64,000 nucleotides of DNA from Bugula neritina (Eukaryota; Animalia; Bryozoa), in NCBI GenBank assembly GCA_964035545.1, contig CAXIUT010000230.1, forward strand, positions 1,240,001-1,304,000, read 5' to 3'. Of the stretch, positions 15,620-32,541 are shown piece by piece. Every line of letters starts with the position of its first letter. Position 1 is the stretch's first letter. The position numbers and the translations under genes are program-made. Below the pieces are notes generated by a model. That model was given only the letters and a program-made list of their open reading frames with translations, searched no databases and was not told where the DNA came from.

Positions 15620-18600
15620 TGCAACATACTGCAACATACTGAAATGCACCGGAACATAATGGAATACCCTGCAACACATTGAAATATACTGCAACAGACT
15701 GAAACATAAGGTAACACAATGAAGTATACTGCGACACATTAAAATATACTGCAACATACTGAAATAGACTGCAACATACTGAAATGTAATGTAATATACA
15801 GAAATGTACTGTAACATACTGAATTACACTCTAACATACTGAAATATGCTGTAGCATACTGAAATACACTGCAACACACTGAAGTATACTGTAATACACT
15901 GAAATGTGATGCAACACACTGAATTATACTGCAACATAGTGCAACATACTGAAATACACTACAACAAACTGCAACATACTGAAATACACTGGAACATTTT
16001 GAAATACACTGCGACACATTGAAACATACTGCAACATACTGAAATACACTGGGACACATTGAAATACACTGCAACATACTGCAACATACTGCAACATACT
16101 GAAATACAATGCAACACATTAAAATATACTGCAACATACTGAAACCTACTGCAACATACTGAAATATACTGCAACACACTGAAACATACGACAACATACC
16201 GAAATAAACTGCGACACGTTGAAAATTACTGCAACATACTGAAATATACTGCGACGCCTTAAAATATACTGCAACATACTGAAATAGACTGCAAGTGGTG
16301 CAACATACTGAAATACACTGTGACACACTGAAATACACTGCAACATACTGAAACATACTGCAACATACTGAAATACACTGTGACACCCTGAAATACACTG
16401 CAACATACTGCAACATACTGCAACATACTGAATTACACTGGAACATATTGATATACACTGCAACACATTGAAATATACTGCAACACACTGAACCATATGG
16501 CAACATACCGAAATTTACTGCGACACACTGAAAAATACTGCAACATACTGAAATAGACTGCAAGTGGTGCAACATACTGAAATACACTGTGACACACTGA
16601 AATACACTGCAACATACTGAAACATACTGCAACATACTGAAATACACTGTGACACCCTGAAATACACTGCAACATACTGCAACATACTGCAACATACTGA
16701 ATTACACTGGAACATATTGATATACACTGCAACACATTGAAATATACTGCAACACACTGAAACATGCGGCAATATACCGAAATATACTGCGACACCTTGA
16801 AAAATACTGCGACATACGAAATATACTGCAAGTGGTGCAACATACTGAAATACAATGTGACACACTAGAATACACTGCAACATACTGCAACATACTGCAA
16901 CATACTGAAATATTGTGCGACACATTGAAATATTCTGCAACGTATTGAAATATACTGTAACATACTGCAACATACTAAAATACACTGCAACATACTGAAA
17001 TACATTGCAACACATTAAAATATACTGCGACATACTGAAACATACTGCAACATGCTGAAATATACTGCAATATACTGAAATACACTATAACATATTGAAA
17101 TATACTGCAACATACTGAATTACACTCTAACATACTGAAATATGCTGTAGCATACTGAAATACACTGCAACACACTGAAGTATACTGTAATACACTGAAA
17201 TGTAATGCAACATACTGAATTATACTGCAACATAGTGCAACATACTGAAATACACTGTGACACACTGAAATACACTGAAACATAATGCAACATACTGCAA
17301 CATACTGAAATACACTGTAACATATCGAAATGCACTGCAACATACTGCAACATACTGCAACATACTGAAATACACCGTAACATATCGAAATACACTTCAA
17401 CATACCGCAACATACTGAAATGCACCGGAACATAATGGAATACCCTGCAACACATTGAAATATACTGCAACAGACTGAAACATAAGGTAACACAAAGAAG
17501 TATACTGCGACACATTAAAATATACTGCAACATACTGAAATAGACTGCAACATACTGAAATGTAATGTAATATACAGAAATGTACTGTAACATACTGAAT
17601 TACACTCTAACATACTGAAATATGCTGTAGCATACTGAAATACACTGCAACACACTGAAGTATACTGTAATACACTGAAATGTGATGCAACACACTGAAT
17701 TATACTGCAACATAGTGCAACATACTGAAATACACTACAACAAACTGCAACATACTGAAATACACTGGAACATTTTGAAATACACTGCGACACATTGAAA
17801 CATACTGCAACATACTGAAATACACTGGGACACATTGAAATACACTGCAACATACTGCAACATACTGCAACATACTGAAATACATTGCAACACATTAAAA
17901 TATACTGCAACATACTGAAACCTACTGCAACATACTGAAATATACTGCAACACACTGAAACATACGACAACATACCGAAATAAACTGCGACACGTTGAAA
18001 ATTACTGCAACATACTGAAATATACTGCGACGCCTTAAAATATACTGCAACATACTGAAATAGACTGCAAGTGGTGCAACATACTGAAATACACTGTGAC
18101 ACACTGAAATACACTGCAACATACTGAAACATACTGCAACATACTGAAATACACTGTGACACCCTGAAATACACTGCAACATACTGCAACATACTGCAAC
18201 ATACTGAATTACACTGGAACATATTGATATACACTGCAACACATTGAAATATACTGCAACACACTGAACCATATGGCAACATACCGAAATTTACTGCGAC
18301 ACACTGAAAAATACTGCAACATACGAATTATACTTCAAGTGGTACAACATACTGAAATACAATGTGACACACTGAAATACACTGCAACATACTGCAACAT
18401 ACTGCAACATACTGAAATATTGTGCGACACATTGAAATATACTGCAACGTATTGAAATATACTGTAACATACTGCAACATACTAAAATACACTGCAACAT
18501 ACTGAAATACATTGCAACACATTAAAATATACTGCGACATACTGAAACATACTGCAACATGCTGAAATATACTGCAATATACTGAAATACACTATAACAT

Positions 18601-21600
18601 ATTGAAATATACTGCAACATACTGAATTACACTCTAACATACTGAAATATGCTGTAGCATACTGAAATACACTGCAACACACTGAAGTATACTGTAATAC
18701 ACTGAAATGTAATGCAACATACTGAATTATACTGCAACATAGTGCAACATACTGAAATACACTGTGACACACTGAAATACACTGAAACATAATGCAACAT
18801 ACTGCAACATACTGAAATACACTGTAACATATCGAAATGCACTGCAACATACTGCAACATACTGCAACATACTGAAATACACCGTAACATATCGAAATAC
18901 ACTTCAACATACTGCAACATACTGAAATGCACCGGAACATAATGGAATACCCTGCAACACATTGAAATATACTGCAACAGACTGAAACATAAGGTAACAC
19001 AATGAAGTATACTGCGACACATTAAAATATACTGCAACGTACTGAAATAGACTGCAACATACTGAAATGTAATGTAATATACAGAAATGTACTGTAACAT
19101 ACTGAATTACACTCTAACATACTGAAATATGCTGTAGCATACTGAAATACACTGCAACACACTGAAGTATACTGTAATACACTGAAATGTGATGCAACAC
19201 ACTGAATTATACTGCAACATAGTGCAACATACTGAAATACACTACAACAAACTGCAACATACTGAAATACACTGGAACATTTTGAAATACACTGCGACAC
19301 ATTGAAACATACTGCAACATACTGAAATACACTGGGACACATTGAAATACACTGCAACATACTGCAACATACTGCAACATACTGAAATACATTGCAACAC
19401 ATTAAAATATACTGCAACATACTGAAACCTACTGCAACATACTGAAATATACTGCAACACACTGAAACATACGACAACATACCGAAATAAACTGCGACAC
19501 GTTGAAAATTACTGCAACATACTGAAATATACTGCGACGCCTTAAAATATACTGCAACATACTGAAATAGACTGCAAGTGGTGCAACATACTGAAATACA
19601 CTGTGACACACTGAAATACACTGCAACATACTGAAACATACTGCAACATACTGAAATACACTGTGACACCCTGAAATACACTGCAACATACTGCAACATA
19701 CTGCAACATACTGAATTACACTGGAACATATTGATATACACTGCAACACATTGAAATATACTGCAACACACTGAACCATATGGCAACATACCGAAATTTA
19801 CTGCGACACACTGAAAAATACTGCAACATACTGAAATAGACTGCAAGTGGTGCAACATACTGAAATACACTGTGACACACTGAAATACACTGCAACATAC
19901 TGAAACATACTGCAACATACTGAAATACACTGTGACACCCTGAAATACACTGCAACATACTGCAACATACTGCAACATACTGAATTACACTGGAACATAT
20001 TGATATACACTGCAACACATTGAAATATACTGCAACACACTGAAACATGCGGCAATATACCGAAATATACTGCGACACCTTGAAAAATACTGCGACATAC
20101 GAAATATACTGCAAGTGGTGCAACATACTGAAATACAATGTGACACACTAGAATACACTGCAACATACTGCAACATACTGCAACATACTGAAATATTGTG
20201 CGACACATTGAAATATTCTGCAACGTATTGAAATATACTGTAACATACTGCAACATACTAAAATACACTGCAACATACTGAAATACATTGCAACACATTA
20301 AAATATACTGCGACATACTGAAACATACTGCAACATGCTGAAATATACTGCAATATACTGAAATACACTATAACATATTGAAATATACTGCAACATACTG
20401 AATTACACTCTAACATACTGAAATATGCTGTAGCATACTGAAATACACTGCAACACACTGAAGTATACTGTAATACACTGAAATGTAATGCAACATACTG
20501 AATTATACTGCAACATAGTGCAACATACTGAAATACACTGTGAAACACTGAAATACACTGAAACATAATGCAACATACTGCAACATACTGAAATACACTG
20601 TAACATATCGAAATGCACTGCAACATACTGCAACATACTGCAACATACTGAAATACACCGTAACATATCGAAATACACTTCAACATACTGCAACATACAG
20701 AAATGCACCGGAACATAATGGAATACCCTGCAACACATTGAAATATACTGCAACAGACTGAAACATAAGGTAACACAATGAAGTATACTGCGACACATTA
20801 AAATATACTGCAACATACTGAAATAGACTGCAACATACTGAAATGTAATGTAATATACAGAAATGTACTGTAACATACTGAATTACACTCTAACATACTG
20901 AAATATGCTGTAGCATACTGAAATACACTGCAACACACTGAAGTATACTGTAATACACTGAAATGTGATGCAACATACTGAATTATACTGCAACATAGTG
21001 CAACATACTGAAATACACTACAACAAACTGCAACATACTGAAATACACTGGAACATATTGAAATACACTGCGACACATTGAAACATACTGCAACATACTG
21101 AAATACACTGGGACACATTGAAATACACTGCAACATACTGCAACATACTGCAACATACTGAAATACATTGCAACACATTAAAATATACTGCAACATACTG
21201 AAACCTACTGCAACATACTGAAATATACTGCAACACACTGAAACATACGGCAACATACCGAAATAAACTGCGACACGTTGAAAATTACTGCAACATACTG
21301 AAATGTACTGCGACGCTTTAAAATATACTGCAACATACTGAAATAGACTGCAAGTGGTGCAACATACTGAAATACACTGTGACACACTGAAATACACTGC
21401 AACATACTGAAACATACTGCAACATACTGAAATACACTGTGACACCCTGAAATACACTGCAACATACTGCAACATACTGCAACATACTGAATTACACTGG
21501 AACATATTGATATACACTGCAACACATTGAAATATACTGCAACACACTGAACCATATGGCAACATACCGAAATTTACTGCGACACACTGAAAAATACTGC

Positions 21601-21850
21601 AACATACGAATTATACTTCAAGTGGTACAACATACTGAAATACAATGTGACACACTGAAATACACTGCAACATACTGCAACATACTGCAACATACTGAAA
21701 TATTGTGCGACACATTGAAATATACTGCAACGTATTGAAATATACTGTAACATACTGCAACATACTAAAATACACTGCAACATACTGAAATACATTGCAA
21801 CACATTAAAATATACTGCGACATACTGAAACATACTGCAACATGCTGAAA
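15620..21850. repeat. Nested 3283-bp tandem duplication (1776 + 1507-bp sub-units) inside copy 1 of the 10.7-kb block
   Basis: ORF offsets of 3283 (15739/19022, 16975/20258, 17515/20798, 18273/21556), 1776 (15739/17515) and 1507 (17515/19022, 16975/18482). The copies differ by several substitutions. Confidence 0.88.
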
Positions 21851-24800
21851 TATACTGCAACATACTGAAATACACTATAACATATTGAAATATACTGCAA
21901 CATACTGAATTACACTCTAACATACTGAAATATGCTGTAGCATACTGAAATACACTGCAACACACTGAAGTATACTGTAATACACTGAAATGTAATGCAA
22001 CATACTGAATTATACTGCAACATAGTGCAACATACTGAAATACACTGTGACACACTGAAATACACTGAAACATAATGCAACATACTGCAACATACTGAAA
22101 TACACTGTAACATATCGAAATACACTGCAACATACTGCAACATACTGAAATACACCGTAACATATCGAAATACACTTCAACATACTGCAACATACTGAAA
22201 TGCACCGGAACATAATGGAATACCCTGCAACACATTGAAATATACTGCAACAGACTGAAACATAAGGTAACACAATGAAGTATACTGCGACACATTAAAA
22301 TATATACTGCAACATACTGTAATAGACTGCAACATACTGAAATGTAATGTAATATACAGAAATGTACTGTAACATACTGAATTGCACTCTAACATACTGA
22401 AATATGCTGTAGCATACTGAAATACACTGCAACACACTGAGGTATACTGTAATACACTGAAATGTGATGCAACATACTGAATTATACTGCAACATAGTGC
22501 AACATACTGAAATACACTACAACAATCTGCAACATACTGAAATACACCGGAACATATAGAAATACACTGCGACACATTGAAACATACTGCAACATACTGA
22601 AATACACTGGGACACATTGAAATACACTGCAAAATACTGCAACATACTGCAACATACTGAAATACATTGCAACACATTAAAATATACTGCAACATACTGA
22701 AACATACTGAAATATACTGCAACACACTGAAACATACTGCAACATACTGAAATACACTGTGACACCCTGAAATACACTGCAACATACTGCAACATACTGC
22801 AACATACTGAATTACACTGGAACATATTGATATACACTGCAACACATTGAAATATACTGCAACACACTGAACCATATGGCAACATACCGAAATTTACTGC
22901 GACACACTGAAAAATACTGCAACATACGAATTATACTTCAAGTGGTACAACATACTGAAATACAATGTGACACACTGAAATACACTGCAACATACTGCAA
23001 CATACTGCAACATACTGAAATATTGTGCGACACATTGAAATATACTGCAACGTATTGAAATATACTGTAACATACTGCAACATACTAAAATACACTGCAA
23101 CATACTGAAATACATTGCAACACATTAAAATATACTGCGACATACTGAAACATACTGCAACATGCTGAAATATACTGCAACATACTGAAATACACTATAA
23201 CATATTGAAATATACTGCAACATACTGAATTACACTCTAACATACTGAAATATGCTGTAGCATACTGAAATACACTGCAACACACTGAAGTATACTGTAA
23301 TACGCTGAAATGTAATGCAACATACTGAATTATACTGCAACATAGTGCAACATACTGAAATACACTGTGACACACTGAAATACACTGAAACATAATGCAA
23401 CATACTGCAACATACTGAAATACACTGTAACATATCGAAATACACTGCAACATACTGCAACATACTGCAACATACTGAAATACACTACAACATACTGCAA
23501 CATACTGAAATACACTGGAACATATTGAAATACACTGCGACACATTGAAACATACTGCAACATACTGAAATATACTGCAAGATACTGCAACATACTGAAA
23601 CAGACTGTGACATACTGAAATACACTGCAACATACTGCAAGATACCGCAACCTACTGATATACACTGAAACATATTGAAATACAGTGCATCATACTGCCA
23701 CATACTGAATTACACTGGAACATATTGATATACACTGCAACACATTGAAATATACTGCAACACACTGAAACATACGGCAATATACCAAAATATACTGCGA
23801 CACCTTGAAAAATACTGCAACATACGAAATATACTGCAAGTGGGGCAACATACTGAAATACAATGTGACATACTGAAATACACTGCAACATACTGCAGGA
23901 TACTGCAACGTACGGAAATACAGTGTAACTTATTGAATTACACTGAATCATACTGCAACATACTGAGATACACTGGAACATATTGATATACACTGCAACA
24001 CATTGAAATATACTGCAACACACTGAACCATATGACAACATACCGAAATTTACTGCGACACACTGAAAAGTTTCGCAACATACGAATTATACTTCAAGTG
24101 GTGCAACATTCTGAAATACAATGTGACACACTGAAATACACTGCAACATACTGCAACATACTGCAACATACTGAAATATTGTGCGACACATTGAAATATA
24201 CTGCAACATATTGAAATATACTGTAACATACTGCAACATACTAAAATACACTGCAACATACTGAAATACATAGCAACACATTAAAATAAACTGCGACATA
24301 CTGAAACATACTGCAACATGCTGAAATATACTGCAACATACTGAAATACACTATAACATATTGAAATATACTGCAACATACTGAATTACACTCTAACATA
24401 CTGAAATATGCTGTAGCATACTGAAATACACTGCAACACACTGAAGTATACTGTAATACACTGAAATGTAATGCAACATACTGAATTATACTGCAACATA
24501 GTGCAACATACTGAAATACACTGTGACACACTGAAATACACTGAAACATAATGCAACATACTGCAACATACTGAAATACACTGTAACATATCGAAATACA
24601 CTGCAACATACTGCAACATACTGAAATACACCGTAACATATCGAAATACACTTCAACATACTGCAACATACTGAAATGCACCGGAACATAATGGAATACC
24701 CTGCAACACATTGAAATATACTGCAACAGACTGAAACATAAGGTAACACAATGAAGTATACTGCGACACATTAAAATATATACTGCAACATACTGTAATA

Positions 24801-26310
24801 GACTGCAACATACTGAAATGTAATGTAATATACAGAAATGTACTGTAACATACTGAATTGCACTCTAACATACTGAAATATGCTGTAGCATACTGAAATA
24901 CACTGCAACACACTGAGGTATACTGTAATACACTGAAATGTGATGCAACATACTGAATTATACTGCAACATAGTGCAACATACTGAAATACACTACAACA
25001 ATCTGCAACATACTGAAATACACCGGAACATATAGAAATACACTGCGACACATTGAAACATACTGCAACATACTGAAATACACTGGGACACATTGAAATA
25101 CACTGCAAAATACTGCAACATACTGCAACATACTGAAATACATTGCAACACATTAAAATATACTGCAACATACTGAAACATACTGAAATATACTGCAACA
25201 CACTGAAACATACGGCAACATACCGAAATAAACTGCGACACGTTGAAAATTACTGCAACATACTGAAATATACTGCGACGCCTTAAAATATACTGCAACA
25301 TACTGAAATAGACTGCAAGTGGTGCAACATACTGAAATACCTTGTGACACACTGAAATACACTGCAACATACTGCAACATACTGAAATATTGTGCGACAC
25401 AATAAAATATACTGCAACATATTGAAATATACTGTAACATACTGCAACATACTAAAATACACTGCAACACATTAAAATATACTGCAACATACTGAAACAT
25501 ACTGCAACATACTGAAATACACTGTGACACCCTGAAATACACTGCAACATACTGCAACATACTGCAACATACTGAATTACACTGGAACATATTGATATAC
25601 ACTGCAACACATTGAAATATACTGCAACACACTGAACCATATGGCAACATACCGAAATTTACTGCGACACACTGAAAAATACTGCAACATACGAATTATA
25701 CTTCAAGTGGTACAACATACTGAAATACAATGTGACACACTGAAATGCACTGCAACATACTGCAACATACTGCAACATACTGAAATATTGTGCGACACAT
25801 TGAAATATACTGCAACGTATTGAAATATACTGTAACATACTGCAACATACTAAAATACACTGCAACATACTGAAATACATTGCAACACATTAAAATATAC
25901 TGCGACATACTGAAACATACTGCAACATGCTGAAATATACTGCAACATACTGAAATACACTATAACATATTGAAATATACTGCAACATACTGAATTACAC
26001 TCTAACATACTGAAATATGCTGTAGCATACTGAAATACACTGCAACACACTGAAGTATACTGTAATACACTGAAATGTAATGCAACATACTGAATTATAC
26101 TGCAACATAGTGCAACATACTGAAATACACTGTGACACACTGAAATACACTGAAACATAATGCAACATAGTGCAACATATCGAAATGCACTGCAACATAC
26201 TGCAACATACTGCAACATACTGAAATACACCGTAACATATCGAAATACACTTCAACATACTGCAACATACTGCAACATACTGAAATACACTGTAACATAC
26301 TGAAATACAC

Positions 26311-29300
26311 TGCAACATACTGCAACATACTGAAATGCACCGGAACATAATGGAATACCCTGCAACACATTGAAATATACTGCAACAGACTGAAACATAA
26401 GGTAACACAATGAAGTATACTGCGACACATTAAAATATACTGCAACATACTGAAATAGACTGCAACATACTGAAATGTAATGTAATATACAGAAATGTAC
26501 TGTAACATACTGAATTACACTCTAACATACTGAAATATGCTGTAGCATACTGAAATACACTGCAACACACTGAAGTATACTGTAATACACTGAAATGTGA
26601 TGCAACACACTGAATTATACTGCAACATAGTGCAACATACTGAAATACACTACAACAAACTGCAACATACTGAAATACACTGGAACATTTTGAAATACAC
26701 TGCGACACATTGAAACATACTGCAACATACTGAAATACACTGGGACACATTGAAATACACTGCAACATACTGCAACATACTGCAACATACTGAAATACAA
26801 TGCAACACATTAAAATATACTGCAACATACTGAAACCTACTGCAACATACTGAAATATACTGCAACACACTGAAACATACGACAACATACCGAAATAAAC
26901 TGCGACACGTTGAAAATTACTGCAACATACTGAAATATACTGCGACGCCTTAAAATATACTGCAACATACTGAAATAGACTGCAAGTGGTGCAACATACT
27001 GAAATACACTGTGACACACTGAAATACACTGCAACATACTGAAACATACTGCAACATACTGAAATACACTGTGACACCCTGAAATACACTGCAACATACT
27101 GCAACATACTGCAACATACTGAATTACACTGGAACATATTGATATACACTGCAACACATTGAAATATACTGCAACACACTGAACCATATGGCAACATACC
27201 GAAATTTACTGCGACACACTGAAAAATACTGCAACATACTGAAATAGACTGCAAGTGGTGCAACATACTGAAATACACTGTGACACACTGAAATACACTG
27301 CAACATACTGAAACATACTGCAACATACTGAAATACACTGTGACACCCTGAAATACACTGCAACATACTGCAACATACTGCAACATACTGAATTACACTG
27401 GAACATATTGATATACACTGCAACACATTGAAATATACTGCAACACACTGAAACATGCGGCAATATACCGAAATATACTGCGACACCTTGAAAAATACTG
27501 CGACATACGAAATATACTGCAAGTGGTGCAACATACTGAAATACAATGTGACACACTAGAATACACTGCAACATACTGCAACATACTGCAACATACTGAA
27601 ATATTGTGCGACACATTGAAATATTCTGCAACGTATTGAAATATACTGTAACATACTGCAACATACTAAAATACACTGCAACATACTGAAATACATTGCA
27701 ACACATTAAAATATACTGCGACATACTGAAACATACTGCAACATGCTGAAATATACTGCAATATACTGAAATACACTATAACATATTGAAATATACTGCA
27801 ACATACTGAATTACACTCTAACATACTGAAATATGCTGTAGCATACTGAAATACACTGCAACACACTGAAGTATACTGTAATACACTGAAATGTAATGCA
27901 ACATACTGAATTATACTGCAACATAGTGCAACATACTGAAATACACTGTGACACACTGAAATACACTGAAACATAATGCAACATACTGCAACATACTGAA
28001 ATACACTGTAACATATCGAAATGCACTGCAACATACTGCAACATACTGCAACATACTGAAATACACCGTAACATATCGAAATACACTTCAACATACCGCA
28101 ACATACTGAAATGCACCGGAACATAATGGAATACCCTGCAACACATTGAAATATACTGCAACAGACTGAAACATAAGGTAACACAAAGAAGTATACTGCG
28201 ACACATTAAAATATACTGCAACATACTGAAATAGACTGCAACATACTGAAATGTAATGTAATATACAGAAATGTACTGTAACATACTGAATTACACTCTA
28301 ACATACTGAAATATGCTGTAGCATACTGAAATACACTGCAACACACTGAAGTATACTGTAATACACTGAAATGTGATGCAACACACTGAATTATACTGCA
28401 ACATAGTGCAACATACTGAAATACACTACAACAAACTGCAACATACTGAAATACACTGGAACATTTTGAAATACACTGCGACACATTGAAACATACTGCA
28501 ACATACTGAAATACACTGGGACACATTGAAATACACTGCAACATACTGCAACATACTGCAACATACTGAAATACATTGCAACACATTAAAATATACTGCA
28601 ACATACTGAAACCTACTGCAACATACTGAAATATACTGCAACACACTGAAACATACGACAACATACCGAAATAAACTGCGACACGTTGAAAATTACTGCA
28701 ACATACTGAAATATACTGCGACGCCTTAAAATATACTGCAACATACTGAAATAGACTGCAAGTGGTGCAACATACTGAAATACACTGTGACACACTGAAA
28801 TACACTGCAACATACTGAAACATACTGCAACATACTGAAATACACTGTGACACCCTGAAATACACTGCAACATACTGCAACATACTGCAACATACTGAAT
28901 TACACTGGAACATATTGATATACACTGCAACACATTGAAATATACTGCAACACACTGAACCATATGGCAACATACCGAAATTTACTGCGACACACTGAAA
29001 AATACTGCAACATACGAATTATACTTCAAGTGGTACAACATACTGAAATACAATGTGACACACTGAAATACACTGCAACATACTGCAACATACTGCAACA
29101 TACTGAAATATTGTGCGACACATTGAAATATACTGCAACGTATTGAAATATACTGTAACATACTGCAACATACTAAAATACACTGCAACATACTGAAATA
29201 CATTGCAACACATTAAAATATACTGCGACATACTGAAACATACTGCAACATGCTGAAATATACTGCAATATACTGAAATACACTATAACATATTGAAATA

Positions 29301-32300
29301 TACTGCAACATACTGAATTACACTCTAACATACTGAAATATGCTGTAGCATACTGAAATACACTGCAACACACTGAAGTATACTGTAATACACTGAAATG
29401 TAATGCAACATACTGAATTATACTGCAACATAGTGCAACATACTGAAATACACTGTGACACACTGAAATACACTGAAACATAATGCAACATACTGCAACA
29501 TACTGAAATACACTGTAACATATCGAAATGCACTGCAACATACTGCAACATACTGCAACATACTGAAATACACCGTAACATATCGAAATACACTTCAACA
29601 TACTGCAACATACTGAAATGCACCGGAACATAATGGAATACCCTGCAACACATTGAAATATACTGCAACAGACTGAAACATAAGGTAACACAATGAAGTA
29701 TACTGCGACACATTAAAATATACTGCAACGTACTGAAATAGACTGCAACATACTGAAATGTAATGTAATATACAGAAATGTACTGTAACATACTGAATTA
29801 CACTCTAACATACTGAAATATGCTGTAGCATACTGAAATACACTGCAACACACTGAAGTATACTGTAATACACTGAAATGTGATGCAACACACTGAATTA
29901 TACTGCAACATAGTGCAACATACTGAAATACACTACAACAAACTGCAACATACTGAAATACACTGGAACATTTTGAAATACACTGCGACACATTGAAACA
30001 TACTGCAACATACTGAAATACACTGGGACACATTGAAATACACTGCAACATACTGCAACATACTGCAACATACTGAAATACATTGCAACACATTAAAATA
30101 TACTGCAACATACTGAAACCTACTGCAACATACTGAAATATACTGCAACACACTGAAACATACGACAACATACCGAAATAAACTGCGACACGTTGAAAAT
30201 TACTGCAACATACTGAAATATACTGCGACGCCTTAAAATATACTGCAACATACTGAAATAGACTGCAAGTGGTGCAACATACTGAAATACACTGTGACAC
30301 ACTGAAATACACTGCAACATACTGAAACATACTGCAACATACTGAAATACACTGTGACACCCTGAAATACACTGCAACATACTGCAACATACTGCAACAT
30401 ACTGAATTACACTGGAACATATTGATATACACTGCAACACATTGAAATATACTGCAACACACTGAACCATATGGCAACATACCGAAATTTACTGCGACAC
30501 ACTGAAAAATACTGCAACATACTGAAATAGACTGCAAGTGGTGCAACATACTGAAATACACTGTGACACACTGAAATACACTGCAACATACTGAAACATA
30601 CTGCAACATACTGAAATACACTGTGACACCCTGAAATACACTGCAACATACTGCAACATACTGCAACATACTGAATTACACTGGAACATATTGATATACA
30701 CTGCAACACATTGAAATATACTGCAACACACTGAAACATGCGGCAATATACCGAAATATACTGCGACACCTTGAAAAATACTGCGACATACGAAATATAC
30801 TGCAAGTGGTGCAACATACTGAAATACAATGTGACACACTAGAATACACTGCAACATACTGCAACATACTGCAACATACTGAAATATTGTGCGACACATT
30901 GAAATATTCTGCAACGTATTGAAATATACTGTAACATACTGCAACATACTAAAATACACTGCAACATACTGAAATACATTGCAACACATTAAAATATACT
31001 GCGACATACTGAAACATACTGCAACATGCTGAAATATACTGCAATATACTGAAATACACTATAACATATTGAAATATACTGCAACATACTGAATTACACT
31101 CTAACATACTGAAATATGCTGTAGCATACTGAAATACACTGCAACACACTGAAGTATACTGTAATACACTGAAATGTAATGCAACATACTGAATTATACT
31201 GCAACATAGTGCAACATACTGAAATACACTGTGAAACACTGAAATACACTGAAACATAATGCAACATACTGCAACATACTGAAATACACTGTAACATATC
31301 GAAATGCACTGCAACATACTGCAACATACTGCAACATACTGAAATACACCGTAACATATCGAAATACACTTCAACATACTGCAACATACAGAAATGCACC
31401 GGAACATAATGGAATACCCTGCAACACATTGAAATATACTGCAACAGACTGAAACATAAGGTAACACAATGAAGTATACTGCGACACATTAAAATATACT
31501 GCAACATACTGAAATAGACTGCAACATACTGAAATGTAATGTAATATACAGAAATGTACTGTAACATACTGAATTACACTCTAACATACTGAAATATGCT
31601 GTAGCATACTGAAATACACTGCAACACACTGAAGTATACTGTAATACACTGAAATGTGATGCAACATACTGAATTATACTGCAACATAGTGCAACATACT
31701 GAAATACACTACAACAAACTGCAACATACTGAAATACACTGGAACATATTGAAATACACTGCGACACATTGAAACATACTGCAACATACTGAAATACACT
31801 GGGACACATTGAAATACACTGCAACATACTGCAACATACTGCAACATACTGAAATACATTGCAACACATTAAAATATACTGCAACATACTGAAACCTACT
31901 GCAACATACTGAAATATACTGCAACACACTGAAACATACGGCAACATACCGAAATAAACTGCGACACGTTGAAAATTACTGCAACATACTGAAATGTACT
32001 GCGACGCTTTAAAATATACTGCAACATACTGAAATAGACTGCAAGTGGTGCAACATACTGAAATACACTGTGACACACTGAAATACACTGCAACATACTG
32101 AAACATACTGCAACATACTGAAATACACTGTGACACCCTGAAATACACTGCAACATACTGCAACATACTGCAACATACTGAATTACACTGGAACATATTG
32201 ATATACACTGCAACACATTGAAATATACTGCAACACACTGAACCATATGGCAACATACCGAAATTTACTGCGACACACTGAAAAATACTGCAACATACGA

Positions 32301-32541
32301 ATTATACTTCAAGTGGTACAACATACTGAAATACAATGTGACACACTGAAATACACTGCAACATACTGCAACATACTGCAACATACTGAAATATTGTGCG
32401 ACACATTGAAATATACTGCAACGTATTGAAATATACTGTAACATACTGCAACATACTAAAATACACTGCAACATACTGAAATACATTGCAACACATTAAA
32501 ATATACTGCGACATACTGAAACATACTGCAACATGCTGAAA
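26311..32541. repeat. Nested 3283-bp tandem duplication inside copy 2 of the 10.7-kb block
   Basis: ORF pairs 26430/29713, 27666/30949, 28206/31489 and 28964/32247 are all offset 3283. Confidence 0.88.
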
